Position numbers and translations under genes: made by a program | Virus record (IMG/VR): IMGVR_UViG_3300044785_000009 | Span: 1-54,792 of that record | From: a virus | Taxonomy: Duplodnaviria > Caudoviricetes | Length of the DNA: 54,792 nucleotides | Reading direction: 5' to 3' (one strand) | Part shown: piece after piece, positions 28,606 through 36,578 of the stretch | How positions within the stretch are numbered: the first letter of the stretch is position 1 | Layout: the number at the start of each line of letters is the position of its first letter | The notes under the pieces: model-generated | What the model saw: the letters and a program-made list of their open reading frames with translations, nothing else | What the model was told of the DNA's origin: nothing | Database searches by the model: none

Positions 28606-29016
28606 TCACCTCCTATGGGTCCGCCGAACAGCTTCCCGTCGGCAATCCTTACACCCATGGACAATACCTGTTCGTGGGTGGTAGTACGTATTCTCTTCAG
28701 TTCTAGTATGACCGTTACTACACACCGCTTTGCGAGCTCGCAGCATGTTCTCTTCGTGCGTAACTGCTTCGGTGTGCCTTACACAAGGCCGGAACTTGCA
28801 AAGGTGATCGAGCTCCAGACCTTCTGCTATCGGTCCTATAGTCACTTCGTAATACACGACATGCGCCATTCGGGTAATCCGTTGTCCTGCGACAACCCAA
28901 GTAGCAATTCCATACCCGCCGTGACCTCCGAGAGCTCCCTGCCAAACTAGGCAAGGCGTCTCGTAGCCATGATCCTCCTCGATCAACTTCGACTCTAGCC
29001 ACTCCAGGAGTTTCAC
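28606..29016 (-). CDS. HNH homing endonuclease
   Basis: CLVWQG, GYG, AH...Y, LDHLC...C..H.E.VT..EN, then C..GH...C..C. GTGA overlap at the start. Confidence 0.85.
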   Translation of the reverse strand: MKLLEWLESKLIEEDHGYETPCLVWQGALGGHGGYGIATWVVAGQRITRMAHVVYYEVTIGPIAEGLELDHLCKFRPCVRHTEAVTHEENMLRARKAVCSNGHTRTEENTYYHPRTGIVHGCKDCRREAVRRTHRR

Positions 29017-29534
29017 TTCTCTTCCTCCTTTCCGAAGTCGAAGATCACCCACCCATCTCCTTCAACCACCTGAGGTCCCTCAGCTGCTCGCTTCAGGAAG
29101 TTCTCGAGGTCATCATCGGGCATGGATGTGCATGTGCAGGGCGTGAGATCGTCGTACTTAATTTTGTACGCAGTCTCTTGCCCAAGACGAAACATCCGAA
29201 CACCGATCATGGCAGCTGATTTACCCAAGGCATCTGTTGCGTATTCGAACTGCGTATCTTCAGTGAGCTCGCCCGCGTTGCACAACGCCTGCATCTGTTC
29301 CTGAATAGTATCGACGCACTCCGATACGATCTCCACTAGCAGACGTCCGAGCCCTGCCGGTGGATGGTGCATATCTTGTATCCAGTCAGCTAGTCGCTCA
29401 CCATTGTCCTTCTGATCGACGTACAACTCGTACCAGGCGCGCTGTAATTGCTTGTACTCGATATACTGTGCCTTGTACATATCGTTTCGAGTTGCCACCC
29501 AAATCCCCTTAAGCCTAGCAAGACTGTCTAACAA
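29013..29534 (-). CDS. hypothetical protein (true start probably downstream of 29534)
   Basis: ORF coupled to the HNH gene. Confidence 0.6.
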   Translation of the reverse strand: MLDSLARLKGIWVATRNDMYKAQYIEYKQLQRAWYELYVDQKDNGERLADWIQDMHHPPAGLGRLLVEIVSECVDTIQEQMQALCNAGELTEDTQFEYATDALGKSAAMIGVRMFRLGQETAYKIKYDDLTPCTCTSMPDDDLENFLKRAAEGPQVVEGDGWVIFDFGKEEEK

Positions 29535-29546
29535 ACGTCTAACCCG

Positions 29547-29626
29547 CTTAGACCTCAGAGAGACAAAAGGAATATACTACCTGAGTACAAACACATAGCC
29601 TTTTGTCTCTCTAAAGTCTAACTAGT
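29547..29626. repeat. dispersed palindromic element, copy 3
   Basis: TTAGAC.AGAGAGACAAAAGG ... CCTTTTGTCTCTCT.GTCTAA inverted repeat. Confidence 0.8.
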
Positions 29627-29629
29627 TGG

Positions 29630-29983
29630 TCAGCGTCGAACTTCAGCCGTACCTTCGTCGCCCGTCTCAAGACGAACCTGCTCGTCGAGTTGGTCTTGCA
29701 CCTGCTTGACAAGGTCGGGACGGGCTGGAAACTCCTTAATGCGTTTCGTCTCAGGCTCCGGGATCGATCCATCAGGGTTCACCTGAATAATCCGACTAAC
29801 CTGAGTGTGCCATCGGCATCGAACGTTCTCGCAGATGTACACCTTAAGCACCGTACCAGGTTCGACACCGAACTTGCGAGATCCGTCCTTGTTACGGAGT
29901 GGAACAGGTGCCTCATGAGAGTACTTACTCGGTTGGAGGCACTTCGGACATCTACTTGCTTCTTCCAGTGTCGTCACTTCCAA
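29630..29983 (-). CDS. hypothetical Zn-ribbon protein
   Basis: CPKC...CENVRC. Confidence 0.65.
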   Translation of the reverse strand: MEVTTLEEASRCPKCLQPSKYSHEAPVPLRNKDGSRKFGVEPGTVLKVYICENVRCRWHTQVSRIIQVNPDGSIPEPETKRIKEFPARPDLVKQVQDQLDEQVRLETGDEGTAEVRR

Positions 29984-30438
29984 CTCCTATCCGGCATCAT
30001 CCTTGCCATGTACGCGCATAGTTCTTCCAACTTATTGACACGCTCGTGTAGATCCTTGATCTGCCCTGCCATTTGCTGGGTAGCATTCCCTCGACGCGCC
30101 CTCTTGGGTGTGAAGTCCTTCCAAGCGTCAAGCTCAGGTTCCTTCCAGAGCACCCATCTGCTCGTAGCGTTACCGCCACCACGTCGTATTTGTTCGATGC
30201 AGCCCATACCAATGAGTTGGTTCTTGAGCAAGGTGTAATAAGGAACACTCAACAGGAGCTTCTTGAACAAATTCGTTAAGTGCCCCTCATACACCATCAG
30301 GCCGGACTCTTTGTCAGGCGCAGAGTGCTTCTGCATCTCCCGGTAAACCCGCACAGCATGCTCGAACACTGCAGGCACAACAGTTAGGTCTACCCTCTGG
30401 TCTTCCGCAGGTTCAGCCATCCGACCGTCAATCGCCAT
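29974..30438 (-). CDS. hypothetical protein, possibly a winged-helix DNA-binding protein
   Basis: Helix-helix-wing-like segment (L...G.IEQIRRGGG...SRW.L) followed by a coiled coil. Confidence 0.55.
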   Translation of the reverse strand: MAIDGRMAEPAEDQRVDLTVVPAVFEHAVRVYREMQKHSAPDKESGLMVYEGHLTNLFKKLLLSVPYYTLLKNQLIGMGCIEQIRRGGGNATSRWVLWKEPELDAWKDFTPKRARRGNATQQMAGQIKDLHERVNKLEELCAYMARMMPDRSWK

Positions 30439-30439
30439 G

Positions 30440-30646
30440 TTAACCCCGTAGCTTCTGTTGTAGTGTCTTAAGAGCCGTGAGGTGATCCTGAGCGTCCGAG
30501 ACGACCTCCATGAACTCTTCGATCGTCTCAGGGGTCTGATCCGATTCGATGTGAATCTCCAAAACGCCCTCGGCGACGGTTATGGCGTCGTCAAGGGCAT
30601 CATCGAGCAGCTCTAGATCTTCGTCTGTCAGGTTGTACTTCAGCAT
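30440..30646 (-). CDS. small highly acidic protein
   Basis: AGGAGG RBS, directly below the promoter at 30666-30696. Confidence 0.65.
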   Translation of the reverse strand: MLKYNLTDEDLELLDDALDDAITVAEGVLEIHIESDQTPETIEEFMEVVSDAQDHLTALKTLQQKLRG

Positions 30647-30665
30647 GTGTTGCCTCCTATCTCTA

Positions 30666-30696
30666 ATTATACAGCAGACTACCTTATGGACTTCAA
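30666..30696 (-). promoter_or_regulatory. leftward promoter TTGAAG-N19-TATAAT
   Basis: Repeated promoter family. Confidence 0.7.
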
Positions 30697-30796
30697 CGGT
30701 GCTATTTAGATATCTATGTAACACACTGTTACACCCTACGAAGCCCCACAGGGCTGGACTAGTCTGCTGTCATTTCAAGATCCTTTAATGGCGCAA

Positions 30797-31024
30797 AAGA
30801 AAGGGGCCGACCTTGGTCGCTATGCACCGTCCTGCAGTACATAGATACCTCGACCGACCCCTTCCTCCTGGAAGCTGCGCCGTCAACCGCGCTTCCATGC
30901 GGACAGCACACACCTGCACCAGCCAGCTACTACAAGTGCGGCATCCTATCATTTGAAGCTTCGCACAGCTGACCTCAGTCGCTATCCGAATTTACGGTTT
31001 GCGGGTCTGCGAACCAGCTGTGCT
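30797..31024 (-). ncRNA. hairpin-rich non-coding segment ending in a terminator-like stem
   Basis: No ORF of 60 aa or more. Stems GCACAGCTG/CAGCTGTGC, GGAAGC/GCTTCC and AAGGGGYCG/CGRCCCCTT followed by a U-rich run on the minus strand. Confidence 0.5.
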
Positions 31025-31026
31025 CG

Positions 31027-31137
31027 TGGGGAGAGGAGGAATCGAACCTCCATGTCTGCAGCTCACCCTTAAGGGCCCATCCCCTGCAGTCGAGTCGCAC
31101 TCGCGCTTGTGCATTCGTTGCGACAACCAGACTCCCC
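31027..31137 (-). ncRNA. tRNA-like element A (111 nt)
   Basis: GGGGAG/CTCCCC acceptor, GGAGG-TTCGATT-CCTCC T arm. Middle replaced by two other stems. Confidence 0.65.
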
Positions 31138-31221
31138 TTGCACTGGCCTAACCCCTACCAGCATGTGCGTCCTTTAACGTGGTGACCACTCGCATAGGCT
31201 AACGCACTTCCCCACGCCGTA

Positions 31222-31551
31222 CTAGAGGAAGTCCACTTCCCTCGTCGGTTCATTGCCACTGGCAAGCCAGAGGATGAAGTCCTCCGTGGTGAAGCCGTCA
31301 CGATTGGTTGAACCGGTCGTGTACCACCGTCCGGCGACGTTCAAGGCCGCGTAGGCGTACACGATGTTCGAGCCGTTGAACTTCTTCTTGAACGTGCAGA
31401 CCGCACCCTCATGGTCGAAGGTGAAGAAGGCGTTCTCCAGATCTAGGACGATCCGCCGCTTCTCCTCGACGTCCCGCAGTGCCAGTCCGGCCGCCCGCTC
31501 CGCGCGGAAAGCCTCAATCGCCGGGTCGTGCTCTTCGTCATTCTCGTACAT
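31222..31551 (-). CDS. hypothetical protein
   Basis: AAGGAGG RBS before MYENDEE. Confidence 0.7.
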   Translation of the reverse strand: MYENDEEHDPAIEAFRAERAAGLALRDVEEKRRIVLDLENAFFTFDHEGAVCTFKKKFNGSNIVYAYAALNVAGRWYTTGSTNRDGFTTEDFILWLASGNEPTREVDFL

Positions 31552-31576
31552 TGCACCCTCCTTGACGTAACTTACG

Positions 31577-31716
31577 TGGACGGTCGAGGATTCGAACCTC
31601 GGTACTTCCAGGAACCACTCGCTGTGCTTTACGGTCGCCTCCTGCAGGGGAAGACGGTATGTCATCGTAAAGTCAGGAATAGCCTTGGAATCGCTCTACC
31701 ATTGAGCTAACCGCCC
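31577..31716 (-). ncRNA. tRNA-like element B (140 nt) with greatly extended anticodon arm and G3:U70
   Basis: GGGCGGT/ACCGTCC-A acceptor, GCTC-AATGGTA-GAGC D arm, CGAGG-TTCGAAT-CCTCG T arm. Confidence 0.8.
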
Positions 31717-31915
31717 GCGATGGGAAGCAAGGTGTTCCTGCTTCCCATCATCGCCGAGAGCCGTCCTAACCTGGCTTTGTCTCTCCCGACTTCTCCCCAC
31801 ATCTTTCCCCGGTGCTGTACGCACTCGAAGTCGTCATCGGCCGGTATAGCATGTGGTTTGCGTGAACTGGCTGCTTCGATGCTACGGCCTTGTTTCAGCC
31901 GACCAGCTCTCCTTG

Positions 31916-32437
31916 TTACTCCGCCTCAGTGACCGGGGTCTCGTCAGCGGTTCCCTCGGCCTCGGTCGTAGGCGTTGCCGCCTTCGCCGCTTCCTTGGCC
32001 GCGCGGGCCTCCTTCGAAGCCGTGACACGCGAGTTCTTCGCGTCCCACCACGCCAAACCCTCTTCGGGCTTGATGTACCACGCGTACCCATCCAGCTCGT
32101 GAATCGGGAAGGGGTTCTTCTTGCCGTCTCCGACGTTGTTCTTGACGTAGCTGTAGACCACCTGCGGCGGGACCGCCTTGCCGAGGTGAATGGACAGCAG
32201 CTTGGCGAACTCGACGGGCTTCACGAACCCATCGGGGGCCTTCGTGCGGGGTGTCGAAGTGGCCTTCGCCGGCTTCGACGCGTCGGCAGCGGTCTCCGGG
32301 GCGACCTCGTCGAGCTCGTCACTCGGCGTGTCCACGTCCAGGTTACTGTCGTCGTTGACCTCGAGGTCCAGATCCGTTTCCGGCTGGTCGGTCTCCACCA
32401 CAGAGGCGTCCTCGAAGGTCGGAGTGGTCTGCGTCAT
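31916..32437 (-). CDS. early protein with acidic N-terminus and putative DNA-binding core
   Basis: AAGGAG RBS, own promoter, strongly biased codons. Confidence 0.75.
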   Translation of the reverse strand: MTQTTPTFEDASVVETDQPETDLDLEVNDDSNLDVDTPSDELDEVAPETAADASKPAKATSTPRTKAPDGFVKPVEFAKLLSIHLGKAVPPQVVYSYVKNNVGDGKKNPFPIHELDGYAWYIKPEEGLAWWDAKNSRVTASKEARAAKEAAKAATPTTEAEGTADETPVTEAE

Positions 32438-32480
32438 TGTAGTCTCCTTGTCGTTGACGCTTTCCTTGCTTGCTACTTCA

Positions 32481-32511
32481 AGTATACGCTGGACACTCCA
32501 TTGGACTGCAA
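32481..32511 (-). promoter_or_regulatory. leftward promoter TTGCAG-N19-TATACT
   Basis: Repeated promoter family, with an A-rich UP-like tract upstream. Confidence 0.7.
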
Positions 32512-32551
32512 GCGGGATCTTGAAGTTTTTTATGGGGCTCTTTTTGTTACG

Positions 32552-32627
32552 CACGCCTGGAAGGATTCGAACCTTCACTTCCTGTTGCCCTCTGGTAAAG
32601 GCGGCTACCTAGCGGTAGCTCAGGCGC
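32552..32627 (-). ncRNA. tRNA-like element C (76 nt)
   Basis: GCGCCTG/CAGGCGT acceptor, GAAGG-TTCGAAT-CCTTC T arm, non-canonical D and anticodon hairpins. Confidence 0.65.
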
Positions 32628-32709
32628 TGTAATGCCTACTCGTCGTACGACGGCCGGTTCAAGCCATGACCGTCGTCGACGGTGGCCGTGCGTGCGTACT
32701 GCCCGACGG

Positions 32710-33030
32710 TCACCATCGGTGTGGCTCCGTACGCCCGTAGATGCGGTAGGATGCGCTCGGGTTGACGACCTTCATGTCCTGGTCGCCGACGGTCGCCGAC
32801 TCGATCGGCATGCCGCTGTCGTCGATGATCTGGTACGTCGTGACGTAAGTGGACTTGGCGGTTCCACTCGCAATGCCCGCCACGACGCTCTCCCAGCGAT
32901 CCTCATCGGGCTGCACCCGCAGCTCGACGAAGATCTCCTCGTTGGTCATCTGGCTGCCGTCCGCATTCTTCCAGGCGCTGATGTCGACGTCCTGGGTGGT
33001 ACGAACGGTGTGGTACACTCGCACCTTCAC
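32710..33030 (-). CDS. hypothetical protein
   Basis: AAGGAGG RBS, GTG start. Confidence 0.7.
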   Translation of the reverse strand: MKVRVYHTVRTTQDVDISAWKNADGSQMTNEEIFVELRVQPDEDRWESVVAGIASGTAKSTYVTTYQIIDDSGMPIESATVGDQDMKVVNPSASYRIYGRTEPHRW

Positions 33031-33057
33031 TGCTACCTCCTTGACGGTTTACTTACG

Positions 33058-33170
33058 TGGGAAAGTCGGGAATCGAACCCGATCTGCAACTTCGCAGCGC
33101 ATAACACCTGAGGAATCGGACAAGAAACTCTCGGTGTCTACGTGAGCGGCTCTCCATGAGCTTCTTTCCC
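33058..33170 (-). ncRNA. tRNA-like element D (113 nt) with extended anticodon arm
   Basis: GGGAAAG/CTTTCCC-A acceptor, GCTC-ATGGA-GAGC D arm, TCGGG-TTCGATT-CCCGA T arm. Confidence 0.78.
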
Positions 33171-33421
33171 TCGTCGGAAGCGGGTTCCCAGTGACGAGGA
33201 CTTTCCGCTTCCGACTTGTGCAAAACTCCCCTTGAGATTAGAACCGTACGGCCTTTAGGCACTCAACCGCATGATGTCCTCCCAACTTCGGGAAATGACA
33301 GGATCATCTTCGCCAAATGCGGCCCTACGACAATGGCTGCTTACGGGCCTGATGGCGACCTTTGGGAATTAGACCCAACTCCAGTCGCGCTTCATTGGAA
33401 TCACCTGCCTCTCTATCTTCA

Positions 33422-33452
33422 ATTATACGCGGGACACCTCTCTCGACTTCAA
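33422..33452 (-). promoter_or_regulatory. leftward promoter TTGAAG-N19-TATAAT upstream of a non-coding structured region
   Basis: Repeated promoter family. Confidence 0.7.
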
Positions 33453-33608
33453 GCGGGCCTCTTAGGGCTCTTCTTGAACGCTTGCACGATCTCGTAGACT
33501 GCCCAGAAAGGTATGGCCAGTCCACATGAGAGGATCGTACCGATAAAGAACGCAGCCCGCATTGATGTCTGCGGGCTATACTGCACGTACTGCACATCTG
33601 TCTTCACG

Positions 33609-33671
33609 TGCCCTCGGGAGGAATCGAACCTCCGTCGCTATCCGTTCTAGCGGCCAATACCTGGCGAGGGC
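33609..33671 (-). ncRNA. tRNA-like element E (63 nt, miniature)
   Basis: GCCCTCG/CGAGGGC-A acceptor, GGAGG-TTCGATT-CCTCC T arm, shrunken D arm, CGCTA-GAACGGA-TAGCG hairpin. Confidence 0.7.
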
Positions 33672-33764
33672 TTTATTTAGTTAGGATTCGACAATATCGA
33701 GCTCCAATGTGTGCGCCTTACCACTTTCGCAGGCCCTGTGGGTCTTCCAACCCAAAGGCCCTTG

Positions 33765-33905
33765 TTACATGGATATAGCGAAGAGGCTCATCATGTGCAA
33801 TCCGCTCGCCCACAACCCAGGCTTACGGTGCTTCCCTCTATGCAGGTACCTATCGATCATTGGTACGTACAGGGTTTCACCAATCGTTTCAGCCCACCTA
33901 TGCAT
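33765..33905 (-). CDS. 46-aa hypothetical protein (not in the ORF track)
   Basis: AAGGAGGT RBS below the promoter at 33930-33959. Confidence 0.45.
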   Translation of the reverse strand: MHRWAETIGETLYVPMIDRYLHRGKHRKPGLWASGLHMMSLFAISM

Positions 33906-33929
33906 TATATCCACCTCCTTACTAGTCCA

Positions 33930-33959
33930 AGTATACCCTGACAACTAATTGGACTTCAA
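33930..33959 (-). promoter_or_regulatory. leftward promoter TTGAAG-N18-TATACT
   Basis: Repeated promoter family. Confidence 0.65.
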
Positions 33960-33998
33960 CGGATACTTTCGTGGCCGGAAGTATCCGAAGAGGCACAA

Positions 33999-34238
33999 TT
34001 ACTTGTACATCAGTGCGAACTGGGCGAAGATCGTCGCCTGTTCCTGATAGGCTCGACGATCCCCAACATAACCCATGTAGACTTGATCCTGCTTCAATCG
34101 GACACTAGCGACATACTTATCGCCGATGTCCGATACTGCCCGCTCTTCGATGCTCTCTATCAGGGCCTGCACGGCTCGGTACTTAGCCATGAACTTTTCA
34201 GCCAGTTGCCGGTACGCTTCGTAACTACTCGTCACCAT
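33999..34238 (-). CDS. hypothetical protein
   Basis: GGAGGT RBS before MVTSS. Confidence 0.6.
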   Translation of the reverse strand: MVTSSYEAYRQLAEKFMAKYRAVQALIESIEERAVSDIGDKYVASVRLKQDQVYMGYVGDRRAYQEQATIFAQFALMYK

Positions 34239-34315
34239 TTCAAACCTCCAAGTCGGACATGGCGGCACAGGGACTGATTAGCTTTCTATATATTACGTCC
34301 CTGTACCACTATGTT

Positions 34316-34660
34316 CTACGACCTCGAAGCTGGGTTCCCTACGGGCTCGTACCACTCCCTGATATCGAGAGCGAGCATTCCCCGCTTGGTGAGTACGACG
34401 GTCACCCGCAACTCACCCTCTTTGTACGCCATCTTCGTGATGGCCTTGTGACCGAAGCTGTCGTTCTCCTCGGTCCACTCGAATTCCATCTCGCCCTGCT
34501 CGTCTCCGTCGCCCGTGAGAGCGTCGATGACGATACCCGGCGACTCGTCGTTCGCCTCATCCATGAAGCAGACGTTGACGTCGCCAAGTGCCTTCTGAAC
34601 GAAGTGCAGTACCTCTTCGTTCAGTACCAGGTGGATTCCTTTTCCAGGAAACATGTCCAC
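34316..34660 (-). CDS. hypothetical acidic protein with PC4-like C-terminal motif
   Basis: LRV.V....G...LDIREWY resembles PC4/p15-type ssDNA-binding proteins. Confidence 0.55.
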   Translation of the reverse strand: MDMFPGKGIHLVLNEEVLHFVQKALGDVNVCFMDEANDESPGIVIDALTGDGDEQGEMEFEWTEENDSFGHKAITKMAYKEGELRVTVVLTKRGMLALDIREWYEPVGNPASRS

Positions 34661-34710
34661 CTCCTTTCGTACCTACCAGGCCTGCGATGATGTACCTGAT
34701 AGGCCCCAGC

Positions 34711-34953
34711 TCAGTAGGTGACGAGAGTGTCGTCCCATCCGAGCTCGATCATTGCTACGAGCTGTGCCTCTGCGTATACCCAGGCATCCTCTTTCACCCT
34801 GAGTGTACCATCGGCTTCCCTGACCACCTCGATCGGCTCGATCTGACCTTCCATCAAGAGCCGTCCGCCCTGAACCTTCCACGTACGCTCCGACGGTGGC
34901 TGTTTCTCGTGCCGCCACCGTACATCACTAGGGTTGACGTGATAGATTTCCAC
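34711..34953 (-). CDS. small ParB/Srx-like domain protein (degenerate)
   Basis: L..EGQIEPI.V......L.V......A...LGW pattern, but no GxxR motif. Confidence 0.45.
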   Translation of the reverse strand: MEIYHVNPSDVRWRHEKQPPSERTWKVQGGRLLMEGQIEPIEVVREADGTLRVKEDAWVYAEAQLVAMIELGWDDTLVTY

Positions 34954-35108
34954 GTTTTCCTCCCTTACTTGTCGAGGTATGCAGTGAATAGGAATAGCCC
35001 ACCAACACCAGCAATGAGAGCCTGGAATAGCAGGAACTCAATCCTACGATACATTCGCAACCCCCCTTTCGCGAGAGACAAGGCTCTGACCCCTTGCCTC
35101 CCCATGCC

Positions 35109-35537
35109 TTACGGCATCATACCATCCGAGATCTCGGCCTCGTACAACAGCTCGGCCAAGTTGCGGTCGATCTGCTCCTGCGGGGTACCCATCGTCACAC
35201 GGGCGAAGTTGATACCCCAGAGGATCTGATTGATCCGGGTTTCCTTGCGCATGAGCCTCTTGGCCGGCTCGTCCCAGTCGGCCCCAAGTACACGCTCGAC
35301 GGCCTGCTCCATACCCTCCGCCGGGTAGCCCAGCGACTCGACGGTCTTGGCCAATGCGGTCTCGATCTTCTGCTCCGCACTGACCTCGTTCTTGTGTTGC
35401 ATGAGCGCGTACGCATCCTTGCGCGCCTTGTGTATTCCCGTAGGCCCACCGGTCTTGCTGATGCAGCCCTCACCCGGCAATGCCCCACAACCACCATCGG
35501 CCATGTTGCATCCCACACTCTTCGTCACTTTGGTCAT
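35109..35537 (-). CDS. hypothetical protein with N-terminal Zn-finger-like motif
   Basis: C.....CGA.PG..C....G.....H.AR. Confidence 0.65.
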   Translation of the reverse strand: MTKVTKSVGCNMADGGCGALPGEGCISKTGGPTGIHKARKDAYALMQHKNEVSAEQKIETALAKTVESLGYPAEGMEQAVERVLGADWDEPAKRLMRKETRINQILWGINFARVTMGTPQEQIDRNLAELLYEAEISDGMMP

Positions 35538-35637
35538 TGCACCCTCACTTCTATGCAAGCGGGTTCCTGTCTTTAAGTAACCCACAGGGCCACACAGCTT
35601 CATTGAGCACGTCCCTAAAGCTGTATGACCCTGCATG

Positions 35638-35856
35638 TTACTGCTCGATCCTATGAAGTCTCCTCAAGAGGTCCTTCACAGCTGCGCACTCCTCAGGCGA
35701 CCAGACTACCAACAGCCGGCCTTCGGACCGCCTTACCTTCTGGTACACACGCTCTCTCGCTTCCACAGTGGCGCACTCCGGACCTGCGGCGTACATGCTC
35801 TCGCCACACTCCGAACAGAACGTCCCTTTGGCTAGCTCGATGACCTTGTGTTCCAT
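35638..35856 (-). CDS. hypothetical protein
   Basis: GGGAG RBS, CSEC motif. Confidence 0.55.
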   Translation of the reverse strand: MEHKVIELAKGTFCSECGESMYAAGPECATVEARERVYQKVRRSEGRLLVVWSPEECAAVKDLLRRLHRIEQ

Positions 35857-35970
35857 TAGGTCTCCCTTCTGCCTTGGTTCGTCGTTCAGTAGAGGACCGT
35901 AATGACTTCGTTCCTCCACGCGCCCAGATTGCCTATGACGGCCTACCCCTTTCGGGTCTGGGCTCTCCCC

Positions 35971-36234
35971 TTACTCGACGGTATGGGGGTATTCTGCAAT
36001 AGTCCAGCCCGGCACTGTGTAGAGTACCTTCATGGGCCCGTCGTACACATCGTACTCAGGCATCCACTCGAGCGTGCCTTCTGTCCACTTGACGAGCACG
36101 GCTGGATCGAAGTCGCCGATGTCCGACATCAGTGCACAACACATGAGCAGTTCTCCCTGCGGCCACCCTTCCGCCTCGATCTTCTCGAGGTGCTCGTCGG
36201 GAATGGTCACTTCGTACTTGCGGACCAGAATCAT
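35971..36234 (-). CDS. hypothetical acidic protein
   Basis: AAGGAGG RBS before MILVRK. Confidence 0.6.
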   Translation of the reverse strand: MILVRKYEVTIPDEHLEKIEAEGWPQGELLMCCALMSDIGDFDPAVLVKWTEGTLEWMPEYDVYDGPMKVLYTVPGWTIAEYPHTVE

Positions 36235-36292
36235 GATGGCCCTCCTTTCGTCGAAGGAGCCGCTACACTGAAGCTGCACTCCTTCGCCCCCG

Positions 36293-36496
36293 TTACCTGA
36301 ACGGATTGTATCCTTGCGCCTTCATCGTTGCTAGGACATCCTCCACTCGGCTGATCTCGTCGTTCAGGAACACTTCGTCCTCCGGACCGAACCTCGGATG
36401 GCCTCCGTACTTAGTGTCGAGGTCCTTCTGGAGGCTCCCCTTGTACTTCTCGAGTGCAAACCAGATAGTATGACCCTGTTGTAGGGTGATATCCAT
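36293..36496 (-). CDS. hypothetical protein
   Basis: AAGGAGG RBS before MDITL. Confidence 0.6.
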   Translation of the reverse strand: MDITLQQGHTIWFALEKYKGSLQKDLDTKYGGHPRFGPEDEVFLNDEISRVEDVLATMKAQGYNPFR

Positions 36497-36578
36497 CATG
36501 GCCTCCTTTCGCACCCGACTCGCCTGCGATGGCCTAGGCAAACACCCACAGGGGCGCTTCCTAATCGGGCTCCTGCAA

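Noticed and set aside
31853-32632. Long plus-strand ORFs in the early arm (also 34588-35229, 38562-39107) and minus-strand ORFs over structural genes (e.g. 40854-41723)
   Set aside because: They are antisense shadows of GC3-rich genes, with no RBS and implausible amino-acid composition.
31027-33671. Canonical tRNA genes
   Set aside because: None of the five elements has a standard anticodon stem-loop with U33, so no isoacceptor can be assigned. They are reported as tRNA-like ncRNAs.
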